A DNA stretch of 64,000 bases from an uncultured Bacteroidaceae bacterium (GCA_964528675.1 CAZGTU010000007.1:17353-81352), one strand, 5' to 3'. Shown: positions 46,563 to 57,138, numbered from the stretch's first letter. The notes: generated by a model from the letters alone, not told the origin. Numbers and translations: made by a program.

Positions 46563-47723
46563 ATGAAGGAAGAATTTAAAGCATCGAAGACCTTCCGAAT
46601 TATCGCAGGTATCTGTATTCTGATTGGATTGGCCGGGTTTATTTATGGATTCCTGGAGGCTCCGGAGCGAACATGGGCGAATTACCTGCTTAATAATTAT
46701 TATTTTTTCTCCCTGGCTATGGGTGGTGTATTCTTTTTTGTAATACAATACATCTCACAGTCTGGCTGGTCGGCTGCTTTTAAAAGAATTCCCGAAGCAT
46801 TTATGTCATATCTTCCTTATGCAGGAATATTCTTTGTTCTGCTGTACCTTGGGATTCATACGCTATATCACTGGAGTCATGAGGAAGCCCTTATGCATGA
46901 TGAATTAATAAAACATAAATCCCCATATCTCAATGAGACATTCTTTATGATCAGGTTGTTGATTTATTTTACTCTATGGATATTATTAACCCGCTTACTA
47001 AAGAGATTCTCGCTGAAAGAAGATGAAGTAGGAGGAACCAAATACTTTCATAAATCTGAATTCTATTCAAGAATATTGATCTTTATCCTTGCTATAACAT
47101 TTACTTTATCTGCTATAGATTGGATAATGTCTTTATCTCCGCACTGGTATTCCACCATCTTCGCTCTTAAGCAAATGGTTTCGGCATTTCTTCACGGGGT
47201 TTCGATTATGATCCTGATCATTTTCATCCTTCATAAAAAAGGGTATTACTCATTTCTTAATGAATTTCATTTACATGATTTAACCCGCTATATGTTCATG
47301 CTTGCAATAGTTTGGGGTTATTTTTGGTTTGCGCAATTTATGCTGATCTGGTATGGAAATATTCCTGAAGAAACGGTTTATTATTATTACCGGTGGAATG
47401 AAGGATGGAAAACCCTTTTCTTTGCTGAGATCCTTCTGAATTGGGCTGTTCCATTCTTTGTTTTGATGCCGATCAAAGCCAGCCGGAATATGACCGTCAT
47501 GACAGTTGTTATTCTCATGTTGATTGTAGGGCAATATATTGAGCATTATTTGCAAATTATACCCGAAACCAGTGGAAAGCTTCAGTTTGGTTTTATTGAG
47601 ATCACGACCTTCATTGGATATGCCGGTTTATTCTCCTATGTTGTGATCACCTCTCTTGGGCGTAGAAAAATCATCCCGGTAAATCATCCTTATTTAGAAG
47701 AAAGCCTTGAACATCATTTCTAA
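46563..47723 (+). CDS. actF: alternative complex III subunit ActF (NrfD-like membrane subunit 2)
   Basis: 386 aa polytopic membrane protein, last gene of the cluster. Confidence 0.75.
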   Translation: MKEEFKASKTFRIIAGICILIGLAGFIYGFLEAPERTWANYLLNNYYFFSLAMGGVFFFVIQYISQSGWSAAFKRIPEAFMSYLPYAGIFFVLLYLGIHTLYHWSHEEALMHDELIKHKSPYLNETFFMIRLLIYFTLWILLTRLLKRFSLKEDEVGGTKYFHKSEFYSRILIFILAITFTLSAIDWIMSLSPHWYSTIFALKQMVSAFLHGVSIMILIIFILHKKGYYSFLNEFHLHDLTRYMFMLAIVWGYFWFAQFMLIWYGNIPEETVYYYYRWNEGWKTLFFAEILLNWAVPFFVLMPIKASRNMTVMTVVILMLIVGQYIEHYLQIIPETSGKLQFGFIEITTFIGYAGLFSYVVITSLGRRKIIPVNHPYLEESLEHHF

Positions 47724-47824
47724 TTCCCAGGCTGTCTGAGATTTTTTCGACATCCTTTTCATTCCTTCCTCCGGCTCTTTAATCTTGTGCCATCATAGCA
47801 GGCTATAAGAGGGAAAAACTTTTT

Positions 47825-48712
47825 TCACCTATCTTCTTTAAGTCTTTTTTGCAAGATCTTTTTCACACCATAACCAAATAAAAAGGTAGTGAAAAATGAG
47901 AATGAGCCATAAATTACCGGAACAATTGCCATGGTCTGGCTATTAAGAAGGGTTGCAGCGACAAAAATTGCGAGTGCCGAATTTTGAAGTCCTACTTCAA
48001 TTGAAATGGTAAATTGATTAATCCCTCTTAAAGAGGTCCATCGTGCCACCATCCATCCCATGGACATTGTAGCTACATTTAATAGAAATGGGTAGGGAGC
48101 AATGCTCAGATGATCAAAAATATTGGTTTTTTGATCTCCTTCATCAATAAAAATAACCCCAAAATAGATTCCAAGGAGAAGAATAGGCAGGATAAATCTC
48201 TGATATTTTTCAATCTTTTTTGCTGTGTTGGGAAAGTAATGCCTGATATTAACCCCTGTATAAGCAGGAAGCACTGTGACGAGGAAGACCTTCAAAATAG
48301 TTGCTCCCACCGGAAGCGTGATATTCGCTTCCTGACTGGTAAAATAATGCAAGCCCAGGCTTACAACAGCAGGGATTGTAATTAGAGTAATGATGCTGTT
48401 TAATACCGTCATGGAAATGGAAAGTGCAACATTGCCTTTTAGCAGATATGTTACAAGATTCGAGGTAGCACCACCCGGACATGCTGAGATAATTATGAGA
48501 CCTACTTTATAAACAGGATCAAAATTAAATAAGGAAGCGATAGCGAATGCGATAATTGGTAACAGTAGCATTTGACAACAAATACCAATAATAACCGCTT
48601 TTGGATAGAGAAAAATATTTTTAAAGTCCTTTAACTTTATGGAAAGGCCCATACCAAGGGTTATGATAGCAATGGTTATCGGTAAAAGTATGTCTGAAAA
48701 AAGGTTCTCCAT
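47825..48712 (-). CDS. bile acid:sodium symporter (BASS) family transporter
   Basis: 295 aa with ACPGGATSNLVTYLLKGNVALSISMT and a second repeat around IEVGLQNSALA. Confidence 0.8.
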   Translation of the reverse strand: MENLFSDILLPITIAIITLGMGLSIKLKDFKNIFLYPKAVIIGICCQMLLLPIIAFAIASLFNFDPVYKVGLIIISACPGGATSNLVTYLLKGNVALSISMTVLNSIITLITIPAVVSLGLHYFTSQEANITLPVGATILKVFLVTVLPAYTGVNIRHYFPNTAKKIEKYQRFILPILLLGIYFGVIFIDEGDQKTNIFDHLSIAPYPFLLNVATMSMGWMVARWTSLRGINQFTISIEVGLQNSALAIFVAATLLNSQTMAIVPVIYGSFSFFTTFLFGYGVKKILQKRLKEDR

Positions 48713-48803
48713 TTATTTTACAGAAAAGCTGAAAATTATAAAAACACGAAATTAAACAAATTAAAGATATCTTACGTTAACAAAATGTAAATCTAATCTC
48801 TTC

Positions 48804-49448
48804 ATGAAATTTTTTAATAGCCGTGTGTTTAAATGGTCTGAATTGGTCATTATTTTTATTGGTTTACCTTTAATATATTATTATGATTTGATCCCATTTC
48901 ATAAATCCATCCCTCTACTGGCAGTTTTTATTTTGTTCCTGGTCATTCTCCTAAAAGACAAAAATTTTGATAATAAAAAGATCTATCATTTCTTTCATTT
49001 TACAAACTGGAAAACAGTGGTCATAAGATTTATTTTGTTTGCTATCATAACTACTGTTGCTGTATACTATACATCAAGGGAATTTTTATTTTATCTTCCT
49101 AAAGAAGAGCTGGGACTTTGGCTTCTGATTATGGTTTCTTATCCCATATGGTCAGCATATCCCCAGGAATTAATTTACAGGGGATACTTCTATCATCGAT
49201 ATAAAAACCTGATAAAAAAAGAATGGTTGATGATTTTGATAAATGCATTTCTTTTTTCATTCTCACATATTATTTTTGAAAATCTACTGGCCTTGATATT
49301 AACGTTTTTAGGAGGCATCATGTTTTCGATTACTTATAAAAGAAGTAATTCGCTTATGGTGGTTTTTACCGAGCATACCTTTTATGGGATCTGGATATTT
49401 ACCGTAGGAATAGGCCAATATTTTTATGCTCCCACATCTCATACATAA
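48804..49448 (+). CDS. CPBP-family intramembrane glutamic endopeptidase (CAAX protease/Abi-like)
   Basis: Motif 1 PQELIYRGY, motif 2 FSFSHIIF, motif 3 FTEHTFYG. Confidence 0.7.
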   Translation: MKFFNSRVFKWSELVIIFIGLPLIYYYDLIPFHKSIPLLAVFILFLVILLKDKNFDNKKIYHFFHFTNWKTVVIRFILFAIITTVAVYYTSREFLFYLPKEELGLWLLIMVSYPIWSAYPQELIYRGYFYHRYKNLIKKEWLMILINAFLFSFSHIIFENLLALILTFLGGIMFSITYKRSNSLMVVFTEHTFYGIWIFTVGIGQYFYAPTSHT

Positions 49449-50068
49449 AATCTTTTGAAATTTTCAAGCATTTTTATAGTAACTGATATCGCCGCTATTT
49501 CTATGATTCCGGGTAGAAAGAAAGGCCAGGGATTATTAATATATTTTTCCAGGTTTGGACTGTTTATGCCCTCAAATACTCCAATGCCAAAATAACCTGC
49601 AACAGTGGAAGATATTAAAATAATCCACCAGGAAATAACAGTATTGTCAGGCCTGTTACTACTGTCGGTTTTCAGCTCTCTCCATGTTTCATAATTCTCT
49701 CTCATTATCAGGTATGGGAGGATTAAATTTATTACCGGTACAAACCATGACCATATTGCAGAACTTGAATTATGATTCAAATAATAGATATTTTCATCTT
49801 CCTGAAGGATGAGGTGAGAATGATAAAACCAGCGGATGAAGTAAAAGATAATAAAGAGACCGGTTAATCCCTGTAAGATTGAAATAATAGTTTGAAAAAC
49901 AGTCAAGCCGGTTACAGAAGATTCAAAATTCCCTTCATAGCTTAATATTTTCTGGATTAGAGCATATTCCCATAGGTTTGCAATAACTTTACCAAGGGTA
50001 AAAATCAAATATAAATAGAAAAGTTTGGTGGTATCATCTGCTTCTCTTATGAGTTTTTCAGTTTTCAT
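49439..50068 (-). CDS. DUF4328-like membrane protein
   Basis: 209 aa with 4-5 TM helices and a WFVPVINLILPYLIMRENYETW segment. Its ATG overlaps the stop of the haem O synthase gene (ATGA). Confidence 0.45.
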   Translation of the reverse strand: MKTEKLIREADDTTKLFYLYLIFTLGKVIANLWEYALIQKILSYEGNFESSVTGLTVFQTIISILQGLTGLFIIFYFIRWFYHSHLILQEDENIYYLNHNSSSAIWSWFVPVINLILPYLIMRENYETWRELKTDSSNRPDNTVISWWIILISSTVAGYFGIGVFEGINSPNLEKYINNPWPFFLPGIIEIAAISVTIKMLENFKRFYV

Positions 50069-50943
50069 AAGCTTACTACTTTATCACCTATGAGGAGAAT
50101 TATGAGTATGAAATAATAAATATTCAGCTCAATGAAATATTTTTTCGTTCCAACCGATTCTTCATTATTAATTAACTTTCGGAATAAGAAAATGGAAATA
50201 GCTGTAATTACCACCAGGATGATTCTGAATGTTTCTGTCTGAAGAATTCCAAATAACCCGAGCATAAGTGCACCGATGAGAGAAGCGCTTATCCAGATGA
50301 AACTTAGATTATTAATTTGCCTTATGCTAAATACATCCGTTAGAATGGGCAATCCAGCCTGTTTATATTGTTTTCCATACTTCAGAATAAGTAACCAGAA
50401 ATGTGGTACCTGGCCCATAAAAAAGAGAAAAGCCAGGATAATAGCGGTTAAATCAAGCGGATTACCTCCGGCTGCTGTCCATCCGATTACAGGAGGGATG
50501 GCCCCGGTAAGGGAGCCGGGTATAACCGCGAAGGCAGAAATTCTCTTTAAAGGTGTATATAATCCATTATACCAGACAAGGGTGAAAATTCCCAGCAACA
50601 TAGCTGCTAGATTGCCTCCAATATATAGTAATACGGACCCCGCAATTAAACTGAAAATTGCGAATAGTGTTGCATGGAGCTCGCTTATTCTACCTGTTGG
50701 AATGGGGCGGTTCATTGTGCGTAACATTTTTGCATCAATAATTCTTTCCTGTACCTGATTAAGGGAGGATGCAGCCATTCCCTGCAAAAGTACGCCCAGC
50801 GTAACAAGTATAATATTTAACTCGATTCCTGGCTTAAAGAGGAAAAAACCGGTGAAAGCTGTGAGGCTGACCGGAATAATTACAGAATATTTGCCAAGCC
50901 TGAGGTAGTTATTAACATGTCCGTGATCAGATTTTTTATTCAT
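50065..50943 (-). CDS. ctaB: protohaem IX farnesyltransferase (haem O synthase, UbiA family)
   Basis: NQVQERIIDAKMLRTMNRPIPTGRIS (UbiA-type Asp-rich motif context), polytopic. Overlaps the subunit II stop by 8 nt. Confidence 0.85.
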   Translation of the reverse strand: MNKKSDHGHVNNYLRLGKYSVIIPVSLTAFTGFFLFKPGIELNIILVTLGVLLQGMAASSLNQVQERIIDAKMLRTMNRPIPTGRISELHATLFAIFSLIAGSVLLYIGGNLAAMLLGIFTLVWYNGLYTPLKRISAFAVIPGSLTGAIPPVIGWTAAGGNPLDLTAIILAFLFFMGQVPHFWLLILKYGKQYKQAGLPILTDVFSIRQINNLSFIWISASLIGALMLGLFGILQTETFRIILVVITAISIFLFRKLINNEESVGTKKYFIELNIYYFILIILLIGDKVVSL

Positions 50944-51886
50944 CCAGTGTTTTCAAATACTCAATGATCTTTTGAATATCCTCTTCAGTTATGGTTCCTT
51001 CATAACTTTGCATCAATCCTTTCTGATACCCCTCAACGATTTGTTCATTTGGCTCGTATATGGATTTTATGATATATTCTTCATCTACGGTTATAGTTTT
51101 CTTTTCTCCATCTTCAATAACAACTTTTTCTTCTCCCCACAAGTCCAGATAGGAAGGCCCTACCAATCTGGAACCATCCTGCGAGTGACATGCATTACAT
51201 CCCTGCGCCCGCAATATTGAAAGACCTTCAGCACCTGGCATATCTTCTTCACCTTCTGCCAGAACAGATGCTGTGGTGTCAGCATACCATTCCTCAAATT
51301 CTTCCTGAGAAAGAATTTCAACGGTGGTTTCCATGTAAGAATGTCGTAATCCACAATATTCAGTGCAGAAAAGATCATACGTCCCTTCAGCCTGAGGACG
51401 GAACCACATTTTCTTTGTTCTTCCTGGTACCATATCTTCTTTCACCCGGAAGGCGGGTATATAAAGACTGTGTATAACGTCAACAGCTTCAAGGTTAATA
51501 ACAACAGGCTCATTTACCGGGAGTACCAGCTTTGTGGATTGTTTTCCATTTTCATATTCAAACGAGAAGCTCCACATTCTTGCTATACTGGTCACCTCAA
51601 AGGCATCTTTTGGAGGGTTGGTCATAGGTTTCCAGCCGGCCCATCCGAAGTAGAACATAATCAATACCAGAATGGTAGGTATAATTGTCCAGAGCAGCTC
51701 CAACCTGAGACTACCTTCAATCTGCGTGGCTTTTTTATTCTTTTTACGATTGTATTTTACAATGAAGTAGATCATCAGAGCGGTGAGTCCTACAAGGAAG
51801 AGAAGCGAGACGCCAATAATGAACATAAAAGCTGTATCGACCTTTCCGACAAAATTTGAAGCATCTATACCTGTTGCTGAATACAT
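50936..51886 (-). CDS. ctaC: cytochrome c oxidase subunit II with C-terminal cytochrome c domain (caa3-type)
   Basis: Two N-terminal TM helices, CuA site HSLYIP...CTEYCGLRHSYM, C-terminal CNACHS haem c motif. Confidence 0.9.
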   Translation of the reverse strand: MYSATGIDASNFVGKVDTAFMFIIGVSLLFLVGLTALMIYFIVKYNRKKNKKATQIEGSLRLELLWTIIPTILVLIMFYFGWAGWKPMTNPPKDAFEVTSIARMWSFSFEYENGKQSTKLVLPVNEPVVINLEAVDVIHSLYIPAFRVKEDMVPGRTKKMWFRPQAEGTYDLFCTEYCGLRHSYMETTVEILSQEEFEEWYADTTASVLAEGEEDMPGAEGLSILRAQGCNACHSQDGSRLVGPSYLDLWGEEKVVIEDGEKKTITVDEEYIIKSIYEPNEQIVEGYQKGLMQSYEGTITEEDIQKIIEYLKTLDE

Positions 51887-51890
51887 ATCT

Positions 51891-52172
51891 TTATCTGTAT
51901 AAGTAGTCCAAAAAAGTTATAAAAATTACGATGGCGTTCAGGGCTATTACCCCGAGAACCATGAAGGCAAAAAACCTGTTGTCAAATTTCAGATGCATGA
52001 AATATACCAAAACCAGGCTGGCTTTTGCTGTTGCAAGCAAAAGAGCAGTGGTAACTGTTAAAGGACCTAGATTGATCTGGGTTACGGCTACCGATAATCC
52101 TGTTAAAATAACAAGACTTATTAAAACGAGAGCCTGGGTTTTATATGAAACAACAGTGTGATTATCTGACAT
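51891..52172 (-). CDS. cytochrome c oxidase subunit IV family small membrane protein
   Basis: 93 aa with three TM helices, VYFMHLKFD motif, and position between subunits III and II. Confidence 0.6.
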   Translation of the reverse strand: MSDNHTVVSYKTQALVLISLVILTGLSVAVTQINLGPLTVTTALLLATAKASLVLVYFMHLKFDNRFFAFMVLGVIALNAIVIFITFLDYLYR

Positions 52173-52182
52173 AGTAATGGCT

Positions 52183-52779
52183 TTAGGTTAGTAAATAAAA
52201 CAACGGGAAGAGATAAATCCAGATCAGATCGACCAGGTGCCAGTAAAGACCTGAATTTTCGTGTAAGGCAAAATTATCATGCCTTTGTTTTTCTTTCCAT
52301 ACATAAACAAAAACAACCCCGATAAACACCATGCCGATTACGATATGCAGAGCATGAAGTCCGGTCATGAAATAATACAGACCAAAGAACAGCACATCTC
52401 CCTGCCCGCGGTCTGATAAAATTGAAGATCCCGGGTATATACCATGACCAATCTTTCCTCCCCATTCAAAATATTTGTTTACCAGAAAGACAAGGCCCAG
52501 GATAAAGGTTGCTGCCAGTAATGCCAGAGAAAGCTTTTTATTCTTTTTTTGTATTGCGGTTATTGACATAGCGATGGTCATACTGCTGATAAGCAAAATG
52601 ATGGTATTTATAGTTCCAACGGTAACATCAAGCTCCTGGGCTGCCTGGTGGAAACCTTCCTGGTTCTTGAAACGGTAAACTGAATAAACAATAAACAGGC
52701 CTCCAAAAAGTAACATTTCTGTGAAAAGGAAAATCCACATTCCCGTTTTAGAGGCTATATCATCTCGGTGTTGTTCCAT
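52183..52779 (-). CDS. ctaE: cytochrome c oxidase subunit III
   Basis: 198 aa with five TM helices and GLYWHLVDLIWIYLFPLFYL at the C-terminus. Confidence 0.85.
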   Translation of the reverse strand: MEQHRDDIASKTGMWIFLFTEMLLFGGLFIVYSVYRFKNQEGFHQAAQELDVTVGTINTIILLISSMTIAMSITAIQKKNKKLSLALLAATFILGLVFLVNKYFEWGGKIGHGIYPGSSILSDRGQGDVLFFGLYYFMTGLHALHIVIGMVFIGVVFVYVWKEKQRHDNFALHENSGLYWHLVDLIWIYLFPLFYLLT

Positions 52780-52794
52780 AGTGAGGTTTTATTT

Positions 52795-54402
52795 TTAATC
52801 GTACTGATAAGGACCCCTTGTGAGTTTAGGTATTTCATCAAAGTTCTCAACGGGAGGAGGAGATGCAATGGTCCATTCCAGAGTACTTCCTCCGTATGGA
52901 TCTGCCGGTGCCTTCGACTTGCTTCTGGCAGCAGAAAACAAATTAATAATAATAATGGCAATGCCGGCTATCATAACCCATGACCCCATAGTGGAAATTA
53001 TATTTCCACCATGAAAAATTTCGTCATAGTCGTAGTATCTCCTGGGCATGCCTTTCATGCCGAGATAGAACATAGGACTATATAAGGTAATGAATCCCAT
53101 TGTAAACAGGAGCCATCCTATGTTAGCCCATTTTGAGTCATACATTTTACCCCAAATCTTGGGAAACCAATAATGAATAGCAGCAAAGAATGCGAATCCA
53201 GTACCTCCGAATACAATGAAATGAAAATGTCCTACCACAAAATGCGTGTCATGCAAATGGACATTTGTGGCCAGTGCTCCAAGAATCAGTCCTGTAAATC
53301 CACCAACCATAAAGACAAATATAAAAGAAGCCGACCAGTAAAAAGGAGTATCCAGGGAAATGGATCCCTTATACATAGTTGCTATCCAGTTAAAAACTTT
53401 TATGGCACTTGGTATTGCCACAAGAAATGTAAGAAGTGAAAAGGTGAAGAGTGCGGTTCCGCTCATTCCTGAAGTAAACATGTGATGGCCCCAGACAAAA
53501 TATCCTACAAAGGCGATTGCAAGTGTAGATCCTACAAGGAAACGGTAACCAAATATACTTTTATGGGCGAAAGTGGGAATGATTTCCGAGATAACTCCCA
53601 TTGCCGGAAGTATCATTATATACACTGCCGGATGTGAGTATATCCAGAAAAGGTGCTGATAAAGAATGGGATCACCTCCCAGGGTGGGGTCGAAGAACCC
53701 TATATTCAGGGTGCGCTCGGCAATGATCATCAAAAGGGTTATGCCTACAATAGGTGTGGCCAGAACCTGTATCCATGCCGTTCCGTAAAGTGTCCATGGG
53801 AATAAGGGCATCTTCAACCATGTCATTCCGGGTGCTCTCATTCTGTGGATGGTAACGATAAAGTTGAGGCCGGTGAGGATTGAAGAAAAACCCAGTACAA
53901 ATGCTCCAAGAACAGCCGGTAACATGTTTGTAGTTGTTTGGAAACTATAGGGTGCATAAAACGTCCATCCCGTATCCGGAGGCCCCTGACCTGTAAAAAG
54001 GGATACCAGTACCAGACATATTCCCAGAATATAAATATACCACGATAAGAGGTTAATTCTGGGAAAGGCAACATCCTTGGCGCCAATTAATATCGGTAGG
54101 AAGAAATTTCCAAATACAGCAGGCAAACCCGGAATAACAATCACAAAGATCATGATTACCCCATGAAGAGTGAAAAAGGCATTGTATGCCTGGGGATCCA
54201 TTATGGTTTTCCCCGGAGCAAGAAGCTCAAATTTCATCAATAAGCCTAAAATAGCACCAATACTGAAAAAAGCCAGCATGGTATAAAGATAGAGAAGGCC
54301 AATTCTTTTATGGTCGGTGGAAAGTATCCATGCCAGTATACCTTTGTACTTTCCTTTGTACTCAAGGTAGCTGGGTTCGGTTTTAGATTGATTAGGGGTC
54401 AT
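52795..54402 (-). CDS. ctaD: cytochrome c oxidase subunit I (haem-copper oxidase)
   Basis: 535 aa with WFFGHPEVY-class region (LFWIYSHPAVYIMILP), HHMF and VGHFHFIVFGG motifs. Confidence 0.95.
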   Translation of the reverse strand: MTPNQSKTEPSYLEYKGKYKGILAWILSTDHKRIGLLYLYTMLAFFSIGAILGLLMKFELLAPGKTIMDPQAYNAFFTLHGVIMIFVIVIPGLPAVFGNFFLPILIGAKDVAFPRINLLSWYIYILGICLVLVSLFTGQGPPDTGWTFYAPYSFQTTTNMLPAVLGAFVLGFSSILTGLNFIVTIHRMRAPGMTWLKMPLFPWTLYGTAWIQVLATPIVGITLLMIIAERTLNIGFFDPTLGGDPILYQHLFWIYSHPAVYIMILPAMGVISEIIPTFAHKSIFGYRFLVGSTLAIAFVGYFVWGHHMFTSGMSGTALFTFSLLTFLVAIPSAIKVFNWIATMYKGSISLDTPFYWSASFIFVFMVGGFTGLILGALATNVHLHDTHFVVGHFHFIVFGGTGFAFFAAIHYWFPKIWGKMYDSKWANIGWLLFTMGFITLYSPMFYLGMKGMPRRYYDYDEIFHGGNIISTMGSWVMIAGIAIIIINLFSAARSKSKAPADPYGGSTLEWTIASPPPVENFDEIPKLTRGPYQYD

Positions 54403-54403
54403 A

Positions 54404-55189
54404 CTAGCTTGCTTTAGCGTGTTTTCTTCTCATAAAAACTAATATTATAAATATTACAATTGCAAAAAACATAATAAGAGTTCCGGCTACTTTTGTAACA
54501 TTGAAAACCATAGAATCTTCATTACTGTCGTATGAATAACAAAAGGCAAGCAACCGGTTTATAGAAGGACCTATCTTCCCATCAGCTGCTTCAACCATGG
54601 TAATTTTTATATCAAACGGTAAAAACTCAATTCCTCTCAAATACCGTGTAACCTTTCCTTCAGGAGAAAGCGCTATGAGACCTGTGGGGTGAGAATACTG
54701 ATCAACAACCCACTTAAAACGGAAGCCAACCGATTCTGTAAGTTTCGCGATATTTGTGCTGTCGGCAACATAAAATTTCCAGTGTTTCCCCAGGTCCTTA
54801 TTATCCAGACTACTGATATAATTGGCTTTTTTCTGCAGCCCAAGTCTTATGTTTTCCGTGTGATCAAAGCTGATGGTAAGTACCTGATAATCCTCTCCGA
54901 GTTCAAGATCAACCTCCTCGATGAATTTTGCCACTCCCCACATCAATGGGCTGCAGGTACCCGGACAGCGATAATAAACCAGGTTCAGAATGGTAGGTTT
55001 ATCTATCAATTCTCCAAGAGTGACTTCTTCTCCTTCCTCATTTGTGAGTTTTGTATCCAGCGCTGCATATTCCCCTTGTTTTTCAATAAATCCGATTTCT
55101 ACATCAGGATTGGATCCTGGGTCCTGGGCATTGAGAATACTAATATTCAGGAAAAAGAAAAATAATAGTATCGATTTAATCAGGTTCAT
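54404..55189 (-). CDS. SCO1/SenC family copper chaperone with C-terminal TM anchor
   Basis: CPGTC (CxxxC) in YYRCPGTCSP and a distal His (YSHPTG). The ATG at 55189 gives a signal peptide (MNLIKSILLFFFFLNISILNAQ). The stop is 1 nt before the ctaD start. Confidence 0.8.
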   Translation of the reverse strand: MNLIKSILLFFFFLNISILNAQDPGSNPDVEIGFIEKQGEYAALDTKLTNEEGEEVTLGELIDKPTILNLVYYRCPGTCSPLMWGVAKFIEEVDLELGEDYQVLTISFDHTENIRLGLQKKANYISSLDNKDLGKHWKFYVADSTNIAKLTESVGFRFKWVVDQYSHPTGLIALSPEGKVTRYLRGIEFLPFDIKITMVEAADGKIGPSINRLLAFCYSYDSNEDSMVFNVTKVAGTLIMFFAIVIFIILVFMRRKHAKAS

Positions 55190-55351
55190 TAAAAAGAAAT
55201 TCTTGTTCCGAGCGTAAATATATAATAAATATTTCATGGCTTTAATTATTAGATAAAGAGCAACTTTTTTTTAAAATGAATATAAATAAAACATTGCAAA
55301 TTAACATGATTAAGAGAAGAATGTTCTAAAGGCACTATGTTATAATGCATA

Positions 55352-56044
55352 TTAGCCAAATATTCTTCCCGGCACAACAATCGATACCAGGATATAAAGT
55401 AGAATCGTATAGAAAATACCCTCCATTTTCAAAAAAATGATCAAAAAAACTGATGCTGTGAGGAAGTAAAGTAGAATCAACCTGGTTTGCCTGGTAAGAT
55501 TCAGGGATTTTAATGAAAACATCCGGATATCTGAGATCATCAGAAAACATCCGGTCACGATTATAAAGACCATTATTAGTTCGTTTATTGCTATCAATTT
55601 TCCTCCATTGAGGTAAATGAATAATGCTGAAACAATCAGAAAAGCATTCGCCGGTGTTGGTAAGCCCTGAAAGCTGATTTGCTGACTTTCATCATTGTTG
55701 AAGATAGCCAGGCGGATGGCAGAGAAAGCAGGAATTAACAATCCCGACCAGGCTAAATAATTCATGATTGTATTAGCCTCATTATTGGCAGTAAGAGCTG
55801 TGTATGCAATGATAGCCGGAAGTACCCCGAAACTGACAATATCCGCGAGTGAATCAAGTGACTTACCAATATCGGAATAGGCTCTAAGGATTCTTGCCGC
55901 GTAACCATCCAAAAAATCAAAAAAACCACTCAGAAAGACCAGGTAAATCGCGATATTGAGTTCTCCTTTAAATATAAAAACCAGTCCCACTGCACCTGAG
56001 GTCAGATTTAACAGGGTAATAAAATTCGGGATATGTTTTTTCAT
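55352..56044 (-). CDS. pssA: CDP-diacylglycerol--serine O-phosphatidyltransferase (CDP-alcohol phosphatidyltransferase family)
   Basis: DFLDGYAARILRAYSDIGKSLDSLADIVSFG, matching D-x2-DG-x2-AR...G-x3-D-x3-D. The ATG at 56044 is preferred over the TTG at 56080. Confidence 0.8.
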   Translation of the reverse strand: MKKHIPNFITLLNLTSGAVGLVFIFKGELNIAIYLVFLSGFFDFLDGYAARILRAYSDIGKSLDSLADIVSFGVLPAIIAYTALTANNEANTIMNYLAWSGLLIPAFSAIRLAIFNNDESQQISFQGLPTPANAFLIVSALFIYLNGGKLIAINELIMVFIIVTGCFLMISDIRMFSLKSLNLTRQTRLILLYFLTASVFLIIFLKMEGIFYTILLYILVSIVVPGRIFG

Positions 56045-56305
56045 TTGAACTTTTCTTAGGGGATTTATGATCTGTAACAAAATTGCATATTATTAGGTCA
56101 ATAAAAAAAAATATTAAATATTTTCGGGGACTGCAATGAGGTTGCAGTAGGATTTTGTACTTTATAAGACCTCGAAGGTCTGATACCCACCATGCTTAAA
56201 TATTATTAATTTTGAACAATTAACCCCGGTTAAACCTTTGTTAATATTGAATATTCCAGCAACTTTGTATTATCCGATTAGTTAGTTAATTAAACTTTAA
56301 TTCAA

Positions 56306-57133
56306 ATGAATTTTGCAGAATATCTCGATAGTATAAATCAAAGCTATTGCAGTGATGTGCCTTCTATGGTAGATTCACATGAGTTTGTTGATGATCTCAT
56401 CCATTTATTATTTCCTGTTAAGACCAACAGGAATATCTCAAAATTTGAAATTGAAATTCAGCTCGAAAGGATGCAGTTAAGGTTAAAGCAGCTTATGTTA
56501 CCATTAAAAAATGAAATGAACAAAGAACCTCAGGAAGTGGCAGAAGTTTTTTTTGAACGCTTACCGGATGTTTTTAAAACACTTCTCAATGATGCTGACA
56601 TATGTATGAAGTCAGATCCTGCAGCAGACTGTGTAGAAGAAGTTATTCTTGCTTATCCCGGGTTTTATGCGCTCTCTGTGCATCGTCTGTCACATGTTCT
56701 TTATCAGCTTGAAGTGCCTGTGCTGCCTAGAATTATGAGTGAATATGCTCATGGAAAGACTGGAATTGATATTCACCCCGGAGCAACTATAGGAAAAAAT
56801 TTTTTTATTGACCATGGAACAGGTATAGTCATTGGAGAAACCGCAATTGTTGGTGATAATGTGAAGATTTACCAGGGAGTGACATTGGGTGCTCTCTATG
56901 TGAAGAAGAAAATGAGTGATACCAAGAGACACCCAACTATTGAGGATAATGTTATAATTTATGCAGGTAGTACAATACTTGGTGGAGAAACAGTGATAGG
57001 ACATGATACTGTGATTGGTGGAAATGTTTGGCTCACAGAAAGTGTTGTTCCTTATTCTGTTGTTTACCGTAAACACAAATCTGTAGTCCGGGACAGTAAA
57101 AAATTTGATGAACCTATAAATTTTGTAATCTGA
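56306..57133 (+). CDS. cysE: serine O-acetyltransferase
   Basis: 275 aa with an N-terminal helical domain and hexapeptide repeats ([27 protein letters not shown]). cysK follows directly. Confidence 0.85.
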   Translation: MNFAEYLDSINQSYCSDVPSMVDSHEFVDDLIHLLFPVKTNRNISKFEIEIQLERMQLRLKQLMLPLKNEMNKEPQEVAEVFFERLPDVFKTLLNDADICMKSDPAADCVEEVILAYPGFYALSVHRLSHVLYQLEVPVLPRIMSEYAHGKTGIDIHPGATIGKNFFIDHGTGIVIGETAIVGDNVKIYQGVTLGALYVKKKMSDTKRHPTIEDNVIIYAGSTILGGETVIGHDTVIGGNVWLTESVVPYSVVYRKHKSVVRDSKKFDEPINFVI

Positions 57134-57138
57134 CAGAT

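Noticed and set aside
47724-47824. Expected bidirectional terminator between the convergent actF and BASS genes
   Set aside because: Only 3-4 bp stems next to T runs were found, which is not convincing enough to annotate.
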